A DNA stretch of 64,000 bases from an uncultured Alphaproteobacteria bacterium (GCA_963850535.1 CAWKMC010000063.1:23991-87990), one strand, 5' to 3'; shown: positions 1-12,347, numbered from the stretch's first letter. Numbers and translations: made by a program. The notes: a model not told the origin generated them from the letters alone.

Positions 1-622
1 GCGTCTTCTTGCTGAAGATAACATTCCAGCCGCTGGCGAAGGCGGACATCATAAAATTCACTGATCGAGGCGCCGCCAGCTTGAACTCGATGGTGTACTT
101 GTCAGGCGTGTTGATCTCCTTCACCGCAGTGAACAACGCGCTCCGAGGAATGCTGATGCCAGAGGGCGGCTTGCAAATCCGGTCATAGGTTGCCTTCACG
201 TCGGCAGACGTGAAGTCAGTGCCGTCGTGGAACTGCACGCCTTGACGCAGATGGAACGTATAGGTCTTGCCGTCCTTGGCGATCTCCCAACTGTGCGCCA
301 GGTCAGGGACGATGCTCTTGCCGCTGTCTCGCGGGTCGCGTCGGATCAGGCTGTCGAACATGCATCCCTGTGTGCCGATGTTGCCGACGGTACCCGATTG
401 ATGCACGTCAAAATGCGGCGGGCGATTGAGGATGCCGTAGCGCATGACGCCACCCCGCTTCGGGTTAAGTTCGGGCGCCGCCATCTGGAATTTGGACCCA
501 TCAAACTCGTAGGGAATATCGGCCGCGAGGCCATAGCGCGGGGCCAACGCGTAAGAGCCCAGTAGCGCTGCGGCGCTGCCGCTCAGCATGTCACGGCGGG
601 ACAAATGGTGACTGGCACTCAT
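1..622 (-). CDS. ABC transporter substrate-binding protein, family 5 (peptide/nickel type), N-terminal part; the gene runs off the window edge
   Basis: A reverse-strand ATG at 622-620 gives MSASHHLSRRDMLSGSAAALLGSYALAP (Tat-like signal). This is followed by GGVMRYGILNRPPHFDVHQSG...DLAHSWEIAKDGKTYTFHLRQGVQFHDG, typical of SBP family 5. It is absent from the ORF track because it is open at position 1. Confidence 0.8.
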   Translation of the reverse strand, partial: MSASHHLSRRDMLSGSAAALLGSYALAPRYGLAADIPYEFDGSKFQMAAPELNPKRGGVMRYGILNRPPHFDVHQSGTVGNIGTQGCMFDSLIRRDPRDSGKSIVPDLAHSWEIAKDGKTYTFHLRQGVQFHDGTDFTSADVKATYDRICKPPSGISIPRSALFTAVKEINTPDKYTIEFKLAAPRSVNFMMSAFASGWNVIFSKKT

Positions 623-1040
623 GGTGAACGTCTCCTCCCGGTTTATGTTCTTGACTTGGTTGTTCGGAACGGCACGTCCGGTCATCTGACACTCAAGGTC
701 GGCGGCGAATGCGCCCGCGGGATCCAGAGGTCGTACATTCCCCCGCGGGCCGCAGGCACAACAACGCCGCCGCCGCTCTCGTACTCGGATCTTCTTCGCG
801 GGTGCGGCCCGCGTTAGCTGAACGTGCGCTACTATTATGTGTCTCGTTGGCAAAATCCAGAGGAATCCGCGCGACTGTCTCTCGATATATGGCAGCCGCA
901 CTGTCGTGATGACCCGATAGTGATGGTCGGTTTACAGATCAACCTAAAGCCCGGATTTCCTCACTTGTGGAAGCTGGGATTTTAAAGGCCATGCACCATA
1001 TGCCTCGCAATTCCTAAGAATACGACCATGGGAGGCGGCT

Positions 1041-2647
1041 ATGGGATTAACAGACACGCAGCCGGCGAGCGCGTCGCCAACTGACAGGCCATCGACAACG
1101 AAGCGACCGATAACTGCCAAGCTTACACGACGCGGCTTATTGGCCGCTGCCGCAACCGTGGGCACGCTTGGCCGCAGCGTCGGATCAGTCGCAGATCAGC
1201 TCATCTGGGGCACGCACATATCACTTGCGCCCACTTGGCTCGATCCCGCTGAAACTGGCGGCGTGATCACGCCATTCATGATGCTGTACGCCATTCATGA
1301 TGCATTGGTAAAGCCGATGCCGAATGACCCTGAACAGCTTTGCCTGGCCAAATCCTATGCGCCGTCGGAAGACGGTCTCTCCCATGAATTTATACTCCGG
1401 GACAACGCCAGATTTCACAACGGCGAACCGGTGACGGCGGAGGACGTGAAATTCTCCTTTCAGCGCTACCGCGGTAATGCAGCGCGCTTCCTGCAGTCAA
1501 AGGTTGCCGCAATCGACATTCCTGGTCCACGCCGGGTGATCTTTCACCTCAACGCTCCCTGGGCCGACTTTCTGGCTTACTACTGCGGCGTTACTGGTGC
1601 CGGCTGGATCGTCCCGAAAAAGTACCATCGAAAGTGTGGGCGATGAGGGCTTCAAGAGGGCGCCGATTGGAGCCGGCCCTTACAAGTTTGTGTCGTTCAG
1701 CCCTGGCGTTGAACTGGTATTGGCAGCCTTCCATGAGTACCTGGCGCCACGAACCATCTGTGAAGAGGCTCGTCTTTCGAGTGATTCCTGATGAGACGAC
1801 GCGCTTGGCGGCGCTGAAGCGAGGCGAGGTCGATATTGCCTATTCCATCAGAGGTGAGCTGGCTGAAGAAGTCCGACGCACGCCGGGTCTGCGCCTAAAG
1901 GCGATTGCACTGAATGGCGCGCAATGGCTCTACTTCCCTGATCAATGGGACACCAAATCGCCCTGGAACGATGTGCGCGTGCGACGAGCCGTACGATTGG
2001 CGTTGAATCGGGACGAAATCAACCGTGCACTTACCCTTGGCTACTCCGAGATTACCGACACTATTGTACCGAAGAGCTTCAAGTTCTACTGGGAGCCTCC
2101 CAAGATCCCATACGATCCGATGCAGGCGCGCGGGCTGCTGGCGGAGGCAGGATTTCCTAATGGGTTTGACGCCGGCGACTACTACTGCGACGCGTCCTAC
2201 TCCAATGTGGCTGAGGCCTCGCTGAACTATCTGGGAGAGATCGGTATTCGCGCCAAGTTGCGACCGTTCGAACGGGCAGCCTTCCTCAAAGGATATGCCG
2301 AGAAGAAGTTTCGCAACATAATCCAGGGAGGCAGCGGAGCGTTCGGCAATGCCGCCACGCGGATGGAGACCTTCGTAGTCAAGGGCGGTGGCTATGTCTA
2401 TGGCAGCTATCCCGACATCGATGAATTGTTCGACCGTCAGATTGCCGAGACCGATCCGACAAAACGAACGCAGGTTCTGCATCGTATGCAGCAGCTCGTG
2501 GATGAGTATTCTATCTACGCGCCGATCTGGCAGCTGGGGTTCCTCAGCGGCCAAGGGCCCAGGGTTGACGAGTCGGGGCTCGGACTGATCGCTGGACACC
2601 CATATTCGGCTCCGTATGAAGATGTTCGACTCAAGGCTGGTGCATAG
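1041..2647 (+). pseudogene. ABC transporter substrate-binding protein, family 5, interrupted by two net +1 frameshifts (or two assembly indels)
   Basis: A continuous SBP_bac_5-like sequence is spread over three frames. ORF 1041..1646 ends ...GWIVPKKY. ORF 1597..1791 reads IESVGDEGFKRAPIGAGPYKFVSFSPGVELVLAAFHEY. ORF 1634..2647 reads WRHEPSVKRLVFRVIPDETTRLAALKRGEVD... The junctions lie at about 1625/1626 and 1740/1741. Confidence 0.8.
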
Positions 2648-2722
2648 GCACGGGCGGGCTAGGCGCGCCCCTACACCACACCGCCTTCCAGCGTACGTCG
2701 CAGCGAGCCTCGCCCGTAACCT

Positions 2723-4033
2723 CTATCCCGCCGGCGCGCCAAGTTGTCCTCGAGCCGGGACACGAGCGGCGCGATATTGGACTGCCATGAGGGCGATGAC
2801 GCTGAGCAGAGCGGTTGCCATCAGATAGAAGCTGGGTGACAGCGGGTCGCCAGTCTGCGCAATCAACCATGTCGCGACAAAAGGCGCAAAGCCGCCAAAA
2901 ACCGTCACGGAGATGCTGTAGCTAAAGGCGATTCCGATGGCACGCGTGTCGACCGGGAATTGCTCAGCCAACAGCGATGGCAATACGCCGCTGTATCCTG
3001 CCTTGATGAGATTGAGCAAACCGACGGCAAACATCGCGGTGGCGAGCGAGGGATAGGCGACCATAAGCCAAAACGTCGGGTAGGCGGCGATCACGAACAG
3101 CCACGCCATCGCCAGCATGATGCGTGGCCGCGAGGTCTTGTCGGACCAATGTCCCGCGATCACCGAAAAAACGGCAAGCAGTACACCGCCGAGCAGTGTC
3201 GCGGCGAAACCGGTATAGGCCGGCAGATGCAGTGTCTTGACTCCATAAGTGGGGATGTAGAGCAGCAGGTAATAGGAGCTGTTGGAGATAATCGAGATGC
3301 CGAGAGCGAGGAGTAACGGGATCGGATGGCGGTGCAGCAACTCGCCGATCGGCACGGCCGGCGACTTGGTCGCTTTGAGGAAGTCGGGCGTCTCGACCAT
3401 GCGAGAGCGGATGTAGAGGCCAACGGGTCCAACCAGCAGGCCGAACATGTAAGGGATACGCCACCCCCAATCGACCAGCTGCTGGTGCGTAAGCAGCGTT
3501 GTCAGGGCAAGACCAAAAAGCGAAACAATGACCGAGATGATGCCAGTGCTGGCCCACTGCCAACTTGCGCTATAACCCTTGCGATTACCGGCGTGTTCGA
3601 CAAGAAAAGCAACGGCACTCCCGAACTCACCACCGACGGAGAACCCTTGAAGGAGACGCGCGATCGTGATGATGACTGGCGCGGCGAGACCGATTGTAGC
3701 ATAACCGGGTGTGACAGCCATCAGCGTCGTGCCAATCATCATCACCGCAATCGACAACGTTAGCCCGGCTTTGCGGCCTGCGCGATCGGTGTAGGCGCCA
3801 ATGACGACTGCGCCCAACGGGCGTACAACATAAGACAGGCCGAAAGTGCCAAACGTGATCAGTAGTGACACGGTCGAGCTGCTGGCGGGAAAGAACACTT
3901 CCGCAAGCGTCGCCGCGAAGAATCCATAGACGAGGAAGTCAAACCACTCGAGGATGTTGCCGATCGTCGCCGCCACAATCACGCTGGAGAGGCGCGGAGT
4001 TGCTATGCCCTGCGGGGCCGCATTCTCGGTCAT
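2723..4033 (-). CDS. MFS transporter, metabolite:H+ symporter (MHS) type
   Basis: The 436-aa ORF has the N-terminal block GNILEWFDFLVYGFFA and TDRAGRK, is hydrophobic throughout, and is consistent with 12 TM segments. Confidence 0.85.
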   Translation of the reverse strand: MTENAAPQGIATPRLSSVIVAATIGNILEWFDFLVYGFFAATLAEVFFPASSSTVSLLITFGTFGLSYVVRPLGAVVIGAYTDRAGRKAGLTLSIAVMMIGTTLMAVTPGYATIGLAAPVIITIARLLQGFSVGGEFGSAVAFLVEHAGNRKGYSASWQWASTGIISVIVSLFGLALTTLLTHQQLVDWGWRIPYMFGLLVGPVGLYIRSRMVETPDFLKATKSPAVPIGELLHRHPIPLLLALGISIISNSSYYLLLYIPTYGVKTLHLPAYTGFAATLLGGVLLAVFSVIAGHWSDKTSRPRIMLAMAWLFVIAAYPTFWLMVAYPSLATAMFAVGLLNLIKAGYSGVLPSLLAEQFPVDTRAIGIAFSYSISVTVFGGFAPFVATWLIAQTGDPLSPSFYLMATALLSVIALMAVQYRAARVPARGQLGAPAG

Positions 4034-4219
4034 CTGTCGTCTCCCGCTTCCGTCCCTGGCGAGAATTCGGCGTCAGCCGGAAGGCGGGGTCAAGGGAGGG
4101 CCATCACATCGCTCTGATGATTGATGTCCTCAGCCCACCTGTGTTTGTACAAGTGCGCCGGAGCTGGTTTTGCAGTTCGCGTTTACGTGCCGGAGCGCTC
4201 GGTCCCTACACATTGCTGA

Positions 4220-5545
<1,326 letters not shown>

Positions 5546-5548
5546 TCC

Positions 5549-6562
5549 ATGCCGCGTAAGACCATGATCGAGGCGATCCGCGACGCCATGGACGTGATGA
5601 TGGAGCGCGACGACGATGTCGTCGTGTTCGGTGAGGATGTCGGCTTCTTCGGCGGGGTGTTCCGCGCCACGCAAGGTCTGCAGGCGAAGTATGGCACGCG
5701 CCGCTGTTTCGATACGCCGATCAGCGAACTCGGCATCGTCGGTGCCGCCGTAGGGATGGCGGCGTACGGGCTGCGGCCGTGCGTCGAGATCCAGTTCGCC
5801 GACTACATGTATCCAGCCTACGACCAGATCGTCTCCGAGGCCGCTCGGCTGCGCTACCGGTCAAACGGACAATTCACCTGCCCGCTGGTCGTGCGCATGC
5901 CCACAGGTGGCGGCATCTTCGGCGGCCAGACGCATAGCCAGAGCCCCGAGGCACTGTTCACTCACGTGTGCGGGCTCAAGACGGTGGTTCCCTCCAATCC
6001 GGCCGATGCCAAAGGACTGCTGATCGCGGCCATCGAGGACCCCGATCCGGTGATCTTTCTGGAGCCAAAGCGGCTGTACAACGGGCCGTTCGACGGCCAC
6101 CACGATAGGCCGGTGACACCCTGGTCCAACCACGAGTTGGGCGAGGTTCCCGACGGCCACTACGCCATCCCGCTGGGGGCCAGCGCGATCCGGCGCGAGG
6201 GCGCAGCGCTGACCATCCTGGCCTACGGCACGATGGTGCACGTTGCCATGACCGCCGCCGCGGAGACCGGTGTGGATGCCGAAATCATCGACCTCCGTAC
6301 CCTGCTGCCGCTCGACCTGGATGCGATCCGCGCGTCGGTGCGCAAGACCGGTCGGTGCGTGATCGTGCACGAGGCAACGCTGACCTCGGGCTTCGGCGCA
6401 GAGCTGTCGGCGCTGGTGCAGGAGACGTGCTTTTATCATCTCGAAGCGCCCGTGGTGCGCGTCGCCGGCTGGGACACGCCGTACCCGCACGCGCAGGAAT
6501 GGGATTACTTCCCCGCGCCGGGTCGTCTCGGCCGCGCGCTGCTCGAAACCATGGCGGCATGA
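5549..6562 (+). CDS. bkdA2: Branched-chain 2-oxoacid dehydrogenase E1 beta subunit
   Basis: The 337-aa ORF is transketolase-like (FGEDVGFFGGVFRATQGLQ, TPISE). It starts 4 nt after the E1 alpha stop. Confidence 0.9.
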   Translation: MPRKTMIEAIRDAMDVMMERDDDVVVFGEDVGFFGGVFRATQGLQAKYGTRRCFDTPISELGIVGAAVGMAAYGLRPCVEIQFADYMYPAYDQIVSEAARLRYRSNGQFTCPLVVRMPTGGGIFGGQTHSQSPEALFTHVCGLKTVVPSNPADAKGLLIAAIEDPDPVIFLEPKRLYNGPFDGHHDRPVTPWSNHELGEVPDGHYAIPLGASAIRREGAALTILAYGTMVHVAMTAAAETGVDAEIIDLRTLLPLDLDAIRASVRKTGRCVIVHEATLTSGFGAELSALVQETCFYHLEAPVVRVAGWDTPYPHAQEWDYFPAPGRLGRALLETMAA

Positions 6563-6563
6563 C

Positions 6564-7883
6564 ATGGCGGAGCAGGTGATCAGGCTGCCCGACGTCGGCG
6601 AGGGAATCGCGGAAGCCGAACTCGTCGAGTGGCACGTCAAAATCGGCGACCTGGTGCGTGCCGACACGACACTCGCCGCGGTGATGACCGACAAGGCGAC
6701 CGTCGAAATTCCCTCGCCGGTGGATGGCGAGATCATCTGGCTCGGCGCCGAAATCGGCGAGAAGGTCGCCGTCGGGTCCGATCTGGTGCGCCTGAAGATT
6801 CCCGGCGAACGGGACGCTGTAAATGCAGCGCAGCCGCAACCGCGCCAGGTGATGGCGAAAGTCACCGAGCCGGAACCTGCGGCGCAGCCCCGCGCAACAG
6901 AAGGCGAGGACCGCGACACAACTCCTGCCATTGCCCCCAAACCCGCGCCGCATACGGCACGACCGGCGGAGCCGCGGCTGACAGCGCGAGCACTGGCGCG
7001 CGCTGGCGCGGTCAGGCCGGTGGCGTCACCGGCCGTGCGTCGGCGTGCGCGAGACGCGGGTATCGATCTGCGCCAGGTACCGGGCACCGGACCTGCCGGA
7101 CGCATCACCCACGAAGACCTCGACGCTTTTGCCGCACGCGACCCTCGTGCGGCGCGGTCGGGGACGCTGCAGCAGCCCAAGAGCGCGGTCGAAGACGTCA
7201 AGGTGATCGGTCTGCGACGCAGGATCGCCGAGCAGATGGCGATAGCGCACACGCGCATCCCGCATATCACTTACGTCGAAGAGATCGATGTCACGGCACT
7301 GGAAGAGCTGCGGGACACGCTGAACCGGCGAAAGCGGAAGGAGCAGCCAAGGCTGACGCTGCTGCCGTTCCTGATGCGCGCGATGGTGTCGGCGGTTGCG
7401 AAGCAGCCGCGGCTGAATGCGCAGTTCGACGACGAAGCGGGAGTAATTCACCAGCATGCAGGCGTTCATATCGGCGTCGCGGCGCAGACCCCGGCCGGGC
7501 TGCTGGTACCGGTGGTGCGCCACGTCGAATCGCTCGATCTGTGGGACTGCGCCGCCGAGGTCGCGCGGCTCGCGGAAGCGGCACGCACCGGCACCGCGAC
7601 GCGCGAGGAACTGTCAGGGTCGACCATCACGCTCACGTCCTTGGGCGCCATGGGCGGCGTGGTCTCGACACCGATCATCAATCATCCCGAGGTGGCAATC
7701 GTGGGCGTGAACAAGATCATGATGCGTCCGGTGTGGAATGGTTCAGGCTTTATCCCGCGCAAGATGATGAACCTGTCCTCGAGCTTCGATCATCGCGTCG
7801 TCGACGGCTGGGACGCGGCGACCTTCGTGCAGTCCATCAAGACGCTGCTGGAGACGCCCGCGCTGATCTTCGTGGATAATTGA
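6564..7883 (+). CDS. bkdB: Dihydrolipoamide branched-chain transacylase (E2)
   Basis: It has an N-terminal lipoyl domain (VMTDKATVEIPSP), an Ala/Pro linker, an E3-binding segment and a C-terminal catalytic SFDHRVVDG motif. Confidence 0.9.
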   Translation: MAEQVIRLPDVGEGIAEAELVEWHVKIGDLVRADTTLAAVMTDKATVEIPSPVDGEIIWLGAEIGEKVAVGSDLVRLKIPGERDAVNAAQPQPRQVMAKVTEPEPAAQPRATEGEDRDTTPAIAPKPAPHTARPAEPRLTARALARAGAVRPVASPAVRRRARDAGIDLRQVPGTGPAGRITHEDLDAFAARDPRAARSGTLQQPKSAVEDVKVIGLRRRIAEQMAIAHTRIPHITYVEEIDVTALEELRDTLNRRKRKEQPRLTLLPFLMRAMVSAVAKQPRLNAQFDDEAGVIHQHAGVHIGVAAQTPAGLLVPVVRHVESLDLWDCAAEVARLAEAARTGTATREELSGSTITLTSLGAMGGVVSTPIINHPEVAIVGVNKIMMRPVWNGSGFIPRKMMNLSSSFDHRVVDGWDAATFVQSIKTLLETPALIFVDN

Positions 7884-7887
7884 CGCC

Positions 7888-9285
7888 ATGCGGGACATAT
7901 CGTGCAAACTCCTGGTGATCGGTGCGGGACCCGGTGGCTATGTCTGTGCAATCAGGGCCGGACAACTCGGCATCGACACCGTGGTGGTCGAGGCAACCAG
8001 ACTGGGCGGTACCTGTCTCAACATCGGCTGCATTCCGTCCAAGGCGTTGATCCACGCCGCCGATGAGTTTGCACGCGTCTCGCAGTTCGCATCCGGCGAA
8101 GACTCTCTGGGCATCTCACTTGCCGCACCGCGCTTGAACCTTGCCAGGACGATGCAATGGAAGGATGGCATCGTCGGTCGCCTGACCGGCGGGGTCTCCG
8201 CGTTGCTCAAGAAGGCCAACGTCAAGATCGTCGAAGGCTGGGCGCGGTTCCTCGATGGCAAGACGGTCGAGGTCGAAACCGAAATAGGCGTTCAGGTGAT
8301 CCGCGCCGAACACGTGGTGATCGCCACGGGGTCCAATCCTGTCGAACTTCCGGCGCTGCCCTTCGGTGGTCCGGTGATCTCGTCAACCGAGGCGCTGTCG
8401 CTGAACACGGTGCCGCGCCGTCTCGTCGTGGTCGGTGCCGGCTATATCGGACTGGAACTCGGAACCGCATTCGCCAAGCTGGGCGCCTCGGTGACCGTGA
8501 TCGAGGCGCTGCCGCGCATCCTGCCGCAATACGACGCGGAACTGACGCGCCCGGTCGGCGAGCGCCTGCGCGAGCTCGGCGTCTCGGTGCTCACCGGCGC
8601 CAAGGCGAAGGAGCTTACGCGGGCGAAGGAAGGGCTTGTCGTCGAACGATCCGACGGTTCTCTGGTGACGATCGAGGCGGACCGGATCCTTGTCGCGGTC
8701 GGCCGCAGACCCGCAACAGAGGGCTGGGGCCTGGAAGAGATCGACCTCGACATGGACGGACCGTTCGTCGACGTCGACGATAGGTGCCGCACCTCGATGC
8801 GCGGCGTCTACGCAATCGGCGACGTGACCGGCGAACCGATGCTGGCGCACCGGGCATCGGCGCAGGGCGAGATGGTGGCCGAGATCGTGGCCGGCAAGCG
8901 GCGCGCCTGGGACCGAGTATGCATTCCCGCGATTTGCTTCACCGACCCGGAGATCGTCGTTGCCGGGCTGACGCCAGAGTCCGCCAAGGCTGCCAACGTC
9001 GAGATCGTCACCGACGCATTCCCGTTCCGGGCGAACGGACGCGCGATGACGCTGACATCCGAGGCTGGCTTCATCCGCATGGTCGCGCAGGCCGACAATC
9101 ACCTGCTGCTCGGCATTCAGGGCGTGGGAGCTGGAATTTCCGAACTGTCGGCGGTGTTCAGCTTTGCGATCGAGATGGGCGCGCGGCTCGAGGACGTTGC
9201 TGGTACAATCTTCGCCCATCCGACGCTGAGCGAGGGAATGCTGGAAGCGGCACTGAAGACGCTGGGCCAGCCCATCCACATCTGA
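7888..9285 (+). CDS. lpdV: Dihydrolipoyl dehydrogenase (E3)
   Basis: GAGPGGY FAD fold, redox-active GGTCLNIGCIPSK, and a C-terminal HAHPTLSE interface motif. It is the last gene of the bkd operon. Confidence 0.85.
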   Translation: MRDISCKLLVIGAGPGGYVCAIRAGQLGIDTVVVEATRLGGTCLNIGCIPSKALIHAADEFARVSQFASGEDSLGISLAAPRLNLARTMQWKDGIVGRLTGGVSALLKKANVKIVEGWARFLDGKTVEVETEIGVQVIRAEHVVIATGSNPVELPALPFGGPVISSTEALSLNTVPRRLVVVGAGYIGLELGTAFAKLGASVTVIEALPRILPQYDAELTRPVGERLRELGVSVLTGAKAKELTRAKEGLVVERSDGSLVTIEADRILVAVGRRPATEGWGLEEIDLDMDGPFVDVDDRCRTSMRGVYAIGDVTGEPMLAHRASAQGEMVAEIVAGKRRAWDRVCIPAICFTDPEIVVAGLTPESAKAANVEIVTDAFPFRANGRAMTLTSEAGFIRMVAQADNHLLLGIQGVGAGISELSAVFSFAIEMGARLEDVAGTIFAHPTLSEGMLEAALKTLGQPIHI

Positions 9286-9384
9286 ACGTGCACTGTTACG
9301 GCAGCGCCGCTTCGATGCACTGATTGACACTGTCAGCCCCCTGGCCAAACATTTCAGTAAGGCGCAGCCTGAGTAAGAAGCGCG

Positions 9385-11364
9385 ATGGTCGCGGGAGGAA
9401 ATCCTTTGAATTCCATCACAGCAAAACCGGCAATCTACGGTTTCGCGACGGCAGTGGCTGCCATCGGCCTGATGGTGACGATCGCACAGTACACGCCGGC
9501 CGCAGCGCAAAGCGCCAAGTATCATGAAGCCCCGGCACTGGCCGAGCAGGTGAAGGCGGGCAAGCTGCCCCCGGTCGAACAGCGACTGCCGGAACAGCCG
9601 CTGGTGGTCCCCGTGGTCGAGAAGGTCGGAGAGTATGGCGGCGTCTGGCGACGCGCGTTCCTGGGGCCGGCCGATGCCAACAACTATGTGCGCGTGGCCT
9701 ATGACAGCCTGTTCCGGTTCTCGCCGGACGGCGCGGATATCGAGCCGAAGATCGCCGTCGGAGCGAAGGCATCCGCCGACTACAAGACCTGGACGATCCT
9801 GTTGCGCAAGGGCGCGAAGTGGTCAGATGGCGTGCCGTTCAGCGCCGATGACATCGTCTTCTGGTACAAGAACGTCCTGCTGAACAAGGATCTGACGCCA
9901 TCACTGCCGACCTGGATGCGCAACGCCGACGGCACCGCGGCGAAGGTCGAAAAGGTGGACGATACCACCGTGCAGTTCACCTACGATCGCCCCGCCACGC
10001 TGTTCCTTTCGGAGGTCGCCAACCAGGACGGACCCGACCTGCTGTACGCGATGTTCCTGCCGGAGCATTACCTGAAGAAATTCCACCCGTCGTACGTCTC
10101 GAAGGAGGAACTGGATCGTCTGGTGCAGGCATCCAGCTTCAAGTCCTGGACCGAGCTGTTCCTTTCACGCGCCACGCCGGCGCAGAACCCAGAACGCCCG
10201 ACAATGGCGGCGTGGATGCCGATAAGCCGGGTCAGCGACCCGGTGTTCACCATCCGACGCAATCCCTACTACATCGGCGTGGACAAGGAGGGGAACCAGC
10301 TTCCGTATATCGATGAGGTGCGGTTCACCTACTTCGCCGATCAGCAGGCACTCAACCTGGCGGCCATCGCCGGCGACTTCGACATGCAGGCGCGCCACAT
10401 CCAGATGACGAACTACCCGGTGCTGAAAGAGCAGGAGCGCAACGGCAAGTACCGGGTGATCACCTGGCCGACCTTCGGTGGCTCGGACGCAGTGATCGCG
10501 CTCAATGCGACCTACACGGCCGATCCGGAGATCGGCAAGCTGATGGCGACCAAGGATTTTCGTATCGCGTTGTCGTATGCGATCAATCGCGATGAGATCA
10601 AGGAGTCGGTGTTTCTGGGTCTGGGCGAGGCGCGCCAGCCCGTGCCGGCGCCATCGCATCCCTACTTTCCCGGCAAGGAATGGGCCACGAAGTACACCGA
10701 GTTCGACCGCGACCGGGCGAACAAGATGCTGGACGCGCTCGGACTGACGAAGCACGATCCGCAGGGCATACGGCTGATGGCCAACGGCAAGCCGGCAACG
10801 ATCGAGATCAGCGTCGTGCCCGCATTCGGCGCCTGGCCGGACGTGGCGCAGCTTGTTGCCAAGGACTGGGAGGCGGTCGGGATCAAGACCATCGTGCAGA
10901 TCCGCGAGCGGGCGCTGCATTTCAACATGCGTCCGGCGAACCAGCTGATGGCCGAGATCTGGAACGAGGACACCACGGCGTTCCCGTTTACCGGAGGATC
11001 CAAGTTCGATCCGCGCAACGGCCCATTGTCCCAATTGACGGTGGGACCGCTGTACTCACGCTGGATGGATACGAACGGCAAGGAGGGCGTCGAGCCTCCC
11101 GAGCCGCTCAAGCGGCTGATGCAGCTTGTCGACACGGCGCGAACCGTGGGGCACGACGGGCAGGTGCAGGCGGCCCAGGAGCTGTTCCGCATCTGGGCAG
11201 ACAATGTCTATGAGATCGGCACCATCGGGCTGACGCCGATGGTCCAGGGCGTCGTGGTCATCAATACCAAGCTGCACAATGTTCCGATGACCTTGGGCAA
11301 CGACTGGCCATTGCGCACCCCAGGCAATGCGCGCACCGAGCAGTTCTTCTTCTCCTCGAAGTGA
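9385..11364 (+). CDS. ABC transporter substrate-binding protein (large family-5 type, 659 aa)
   Basis: It has a signal-like N-terminus, then SBP family-5 blocks (GGVWRRAFLGPAD, WSDGVPFSADD). It is the first gene of a five-gene ABC operon. Confidence 0.85.
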   Translation: MVAGGNPLNSITAKPAIYGFATAVAAIGLMVTIAQYTPAAAQSAKYHEAPALAEQVKAGKLPPVEQRLPEQPLVVPVVEKVGEYGGVWRRAFLGPADANNYVRVAYDSLFRFSPDGADIEPKIAVGAKASADYKTWTILLRKGAKWSDGVPFSADDIVFWYKNVLLNKDLTPSLPTWMRNADGTAAKVEKVDDTTVQFTYDRPATLFLSEVANQDGPDLLYAMFLPEHYLKKFHPSYVSKEELDRLVQASSFKSWTELFLSRATPAQNPERPTMAAWMPISRVSDPVFTIRRNPYYIGVDKEGNQLPYIDEVRFTYFADQQALNLAAIAGDFDMQARHIQMTNYPVLKEQERNGKYRVITWPTFGGSDAVIALNATYTADPEIGKLMATKDFRIALSYAINRDEIKESVFLGLGEARQPVPAPSHPYFPGKEWATKYTEFDRDRANKMLDALGLTKHDPQGIRLMANGKPATIEISVVPAFGAWPDVAQLVAKDWEAVGIKTIVQIRERALHFNMRPANQLMAEIWNEDTTAFPFTGGSKFDPRNGPLSQLTVGPLYSRWMDTNGKEGVEPPEPLKRLMQLVDTARTVGHDGQVQAAQELFRIWADNVYEIGTIGLTPMVQGVVVINTKLHNVPMTLGNDWPLRTPGNARTEQFFFSSK

Positions 11365-12347
11365 CCCGCTACATCGTTCAGCGGTTGTTGCTGCTGCCGT
11401 TCCTGTTGCTGGTCTATTCGTTCGTCATCTTCGTGATCATCCAGGCGCCGCCTGGCGACTTTCTGACAGCCTATGTGGCGACGCTGTCGGCTTCGGGGAC
11501 CTCCGTCAGTGCCGACCAGATCGAAGCGCTGCGCCACACCTATGGGCTGGATCAGCCATTCGTCGTGCAGTACCTCTACTGGCTGCGCAACCTGCTGGCC
11601 GGGAATTTCGGTGTTTCGCTGGAATACCACCGGCCGAACGCAGAGCTGATCGAAGAACAGTTGGGCCTGACCGTGGCGTTGGCGGTCATGTCGTTCGTGC
11701 TCACTTGGCTCATCGCGGTCCCGGCAGGAATTTATTCGGCTACGCACCGCCGGTCTGTTTTGGATCACGTGCTCACGGTCATCAACTATGTCGGAGTGGC
11801 GACGCCGAACTTCATGCTGGCGCTGATCCTGATGTGGATCGCGTTCGCGTATTTCGGCATCAGCGTCACCGGGTTGTTCTCGCCCGAATACGCCGGTGCG
11901 CCGTGGAGCCTGGCGAAATTAGGTGATCTGCTGGCGCATCTCTGGTTGCCGGCGCTGATCCTGGGGATAGCCGGGACCGCGCGCCTGACGCGGATCATGC
12001 GCGCAAACCTGCTGGATGAGCTGAACAAGCCCTATGTCGTGACGGCGCGCGCCAAGGGATTGCGTGAGTGGCGGCTCGTGCTGCGCTATCCCGTACGGCT
12101 GGCGCTCAATCCGCTGGTCAGCACGATAGGATGGTATCTGCCGCAACTGTTCTCCGGCAGCCTGATCGTGGCGACGGTGATGAACCTGCCGAACATCGGC
12201 CCGCTGCTGCTGCGTGCGCTGGTCAACCAGGACATGTACCTGGCCGGAGGCATCCTGCTGATCTACTCATTCCTGACCATCGTTGGCACGCTGCTCTCCG
12301 ACATCGCTCTGGCGCTGATGGACCCGCGTATCCGCATGGGGGCGTGA
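11361..12347 (+). CDS. ABC transporter permease (DppB/OppB-like)
   Basis: MTRYIVQRLLLLPFLLLVYSFVIFVIIQAPPGD and the EAA-like loop PYVVTARAKGL. It has a 4-nt overlap with the upstream SBP stop. Confidence 0.9.
   Translation: MTRYIVQRLLLLPFLLLVYSFVIFVIIQAPPGDFLTAYVATLSASGTSVSADQIEALRHTYGLDQPFVVQYLYWLRNLLAGNFGVSLEYHRPNAELIEEQLGLTVALAVMSFVLTWLIAVPAGIYSATHRRSVLDHVLTVINYVGVATPNFMLALILMWIAFAYFGISVTGLFSPEYAGAPWSLAKLGDLLAHLWLPALILGIAGTARLTRIMRANLLDELNKPYVVTARAKGLREWRLVLRYPVRLALNPLVSTIGWYLPQLFSGSLIVATVMNLPNIGPLLLRALVNQDMYLAGGILLIYSFLTIVGTLLSDIALALMDPRIRMGA

Noticed and set aside
5861-7270. Very long ORFs antisense to, or out of frame with, clearly homologous genes. Examples are 5861..7270(-), 6629..7879(+), 8383..9525(-), 27853..28833(-), 33208..34206(-), 39223..40563(+), 42805..43794(-), 45455..46270(+), 46096..47115(+) and 62422..63861(+).
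   Set aside because: They are Arg/Ala/Pro/Gly-rich with no recognisable motifs, and each overlaps a gene with strong family signatures. These are the typical shadow ORFs of high-GC DNA, where stop codons are rare.
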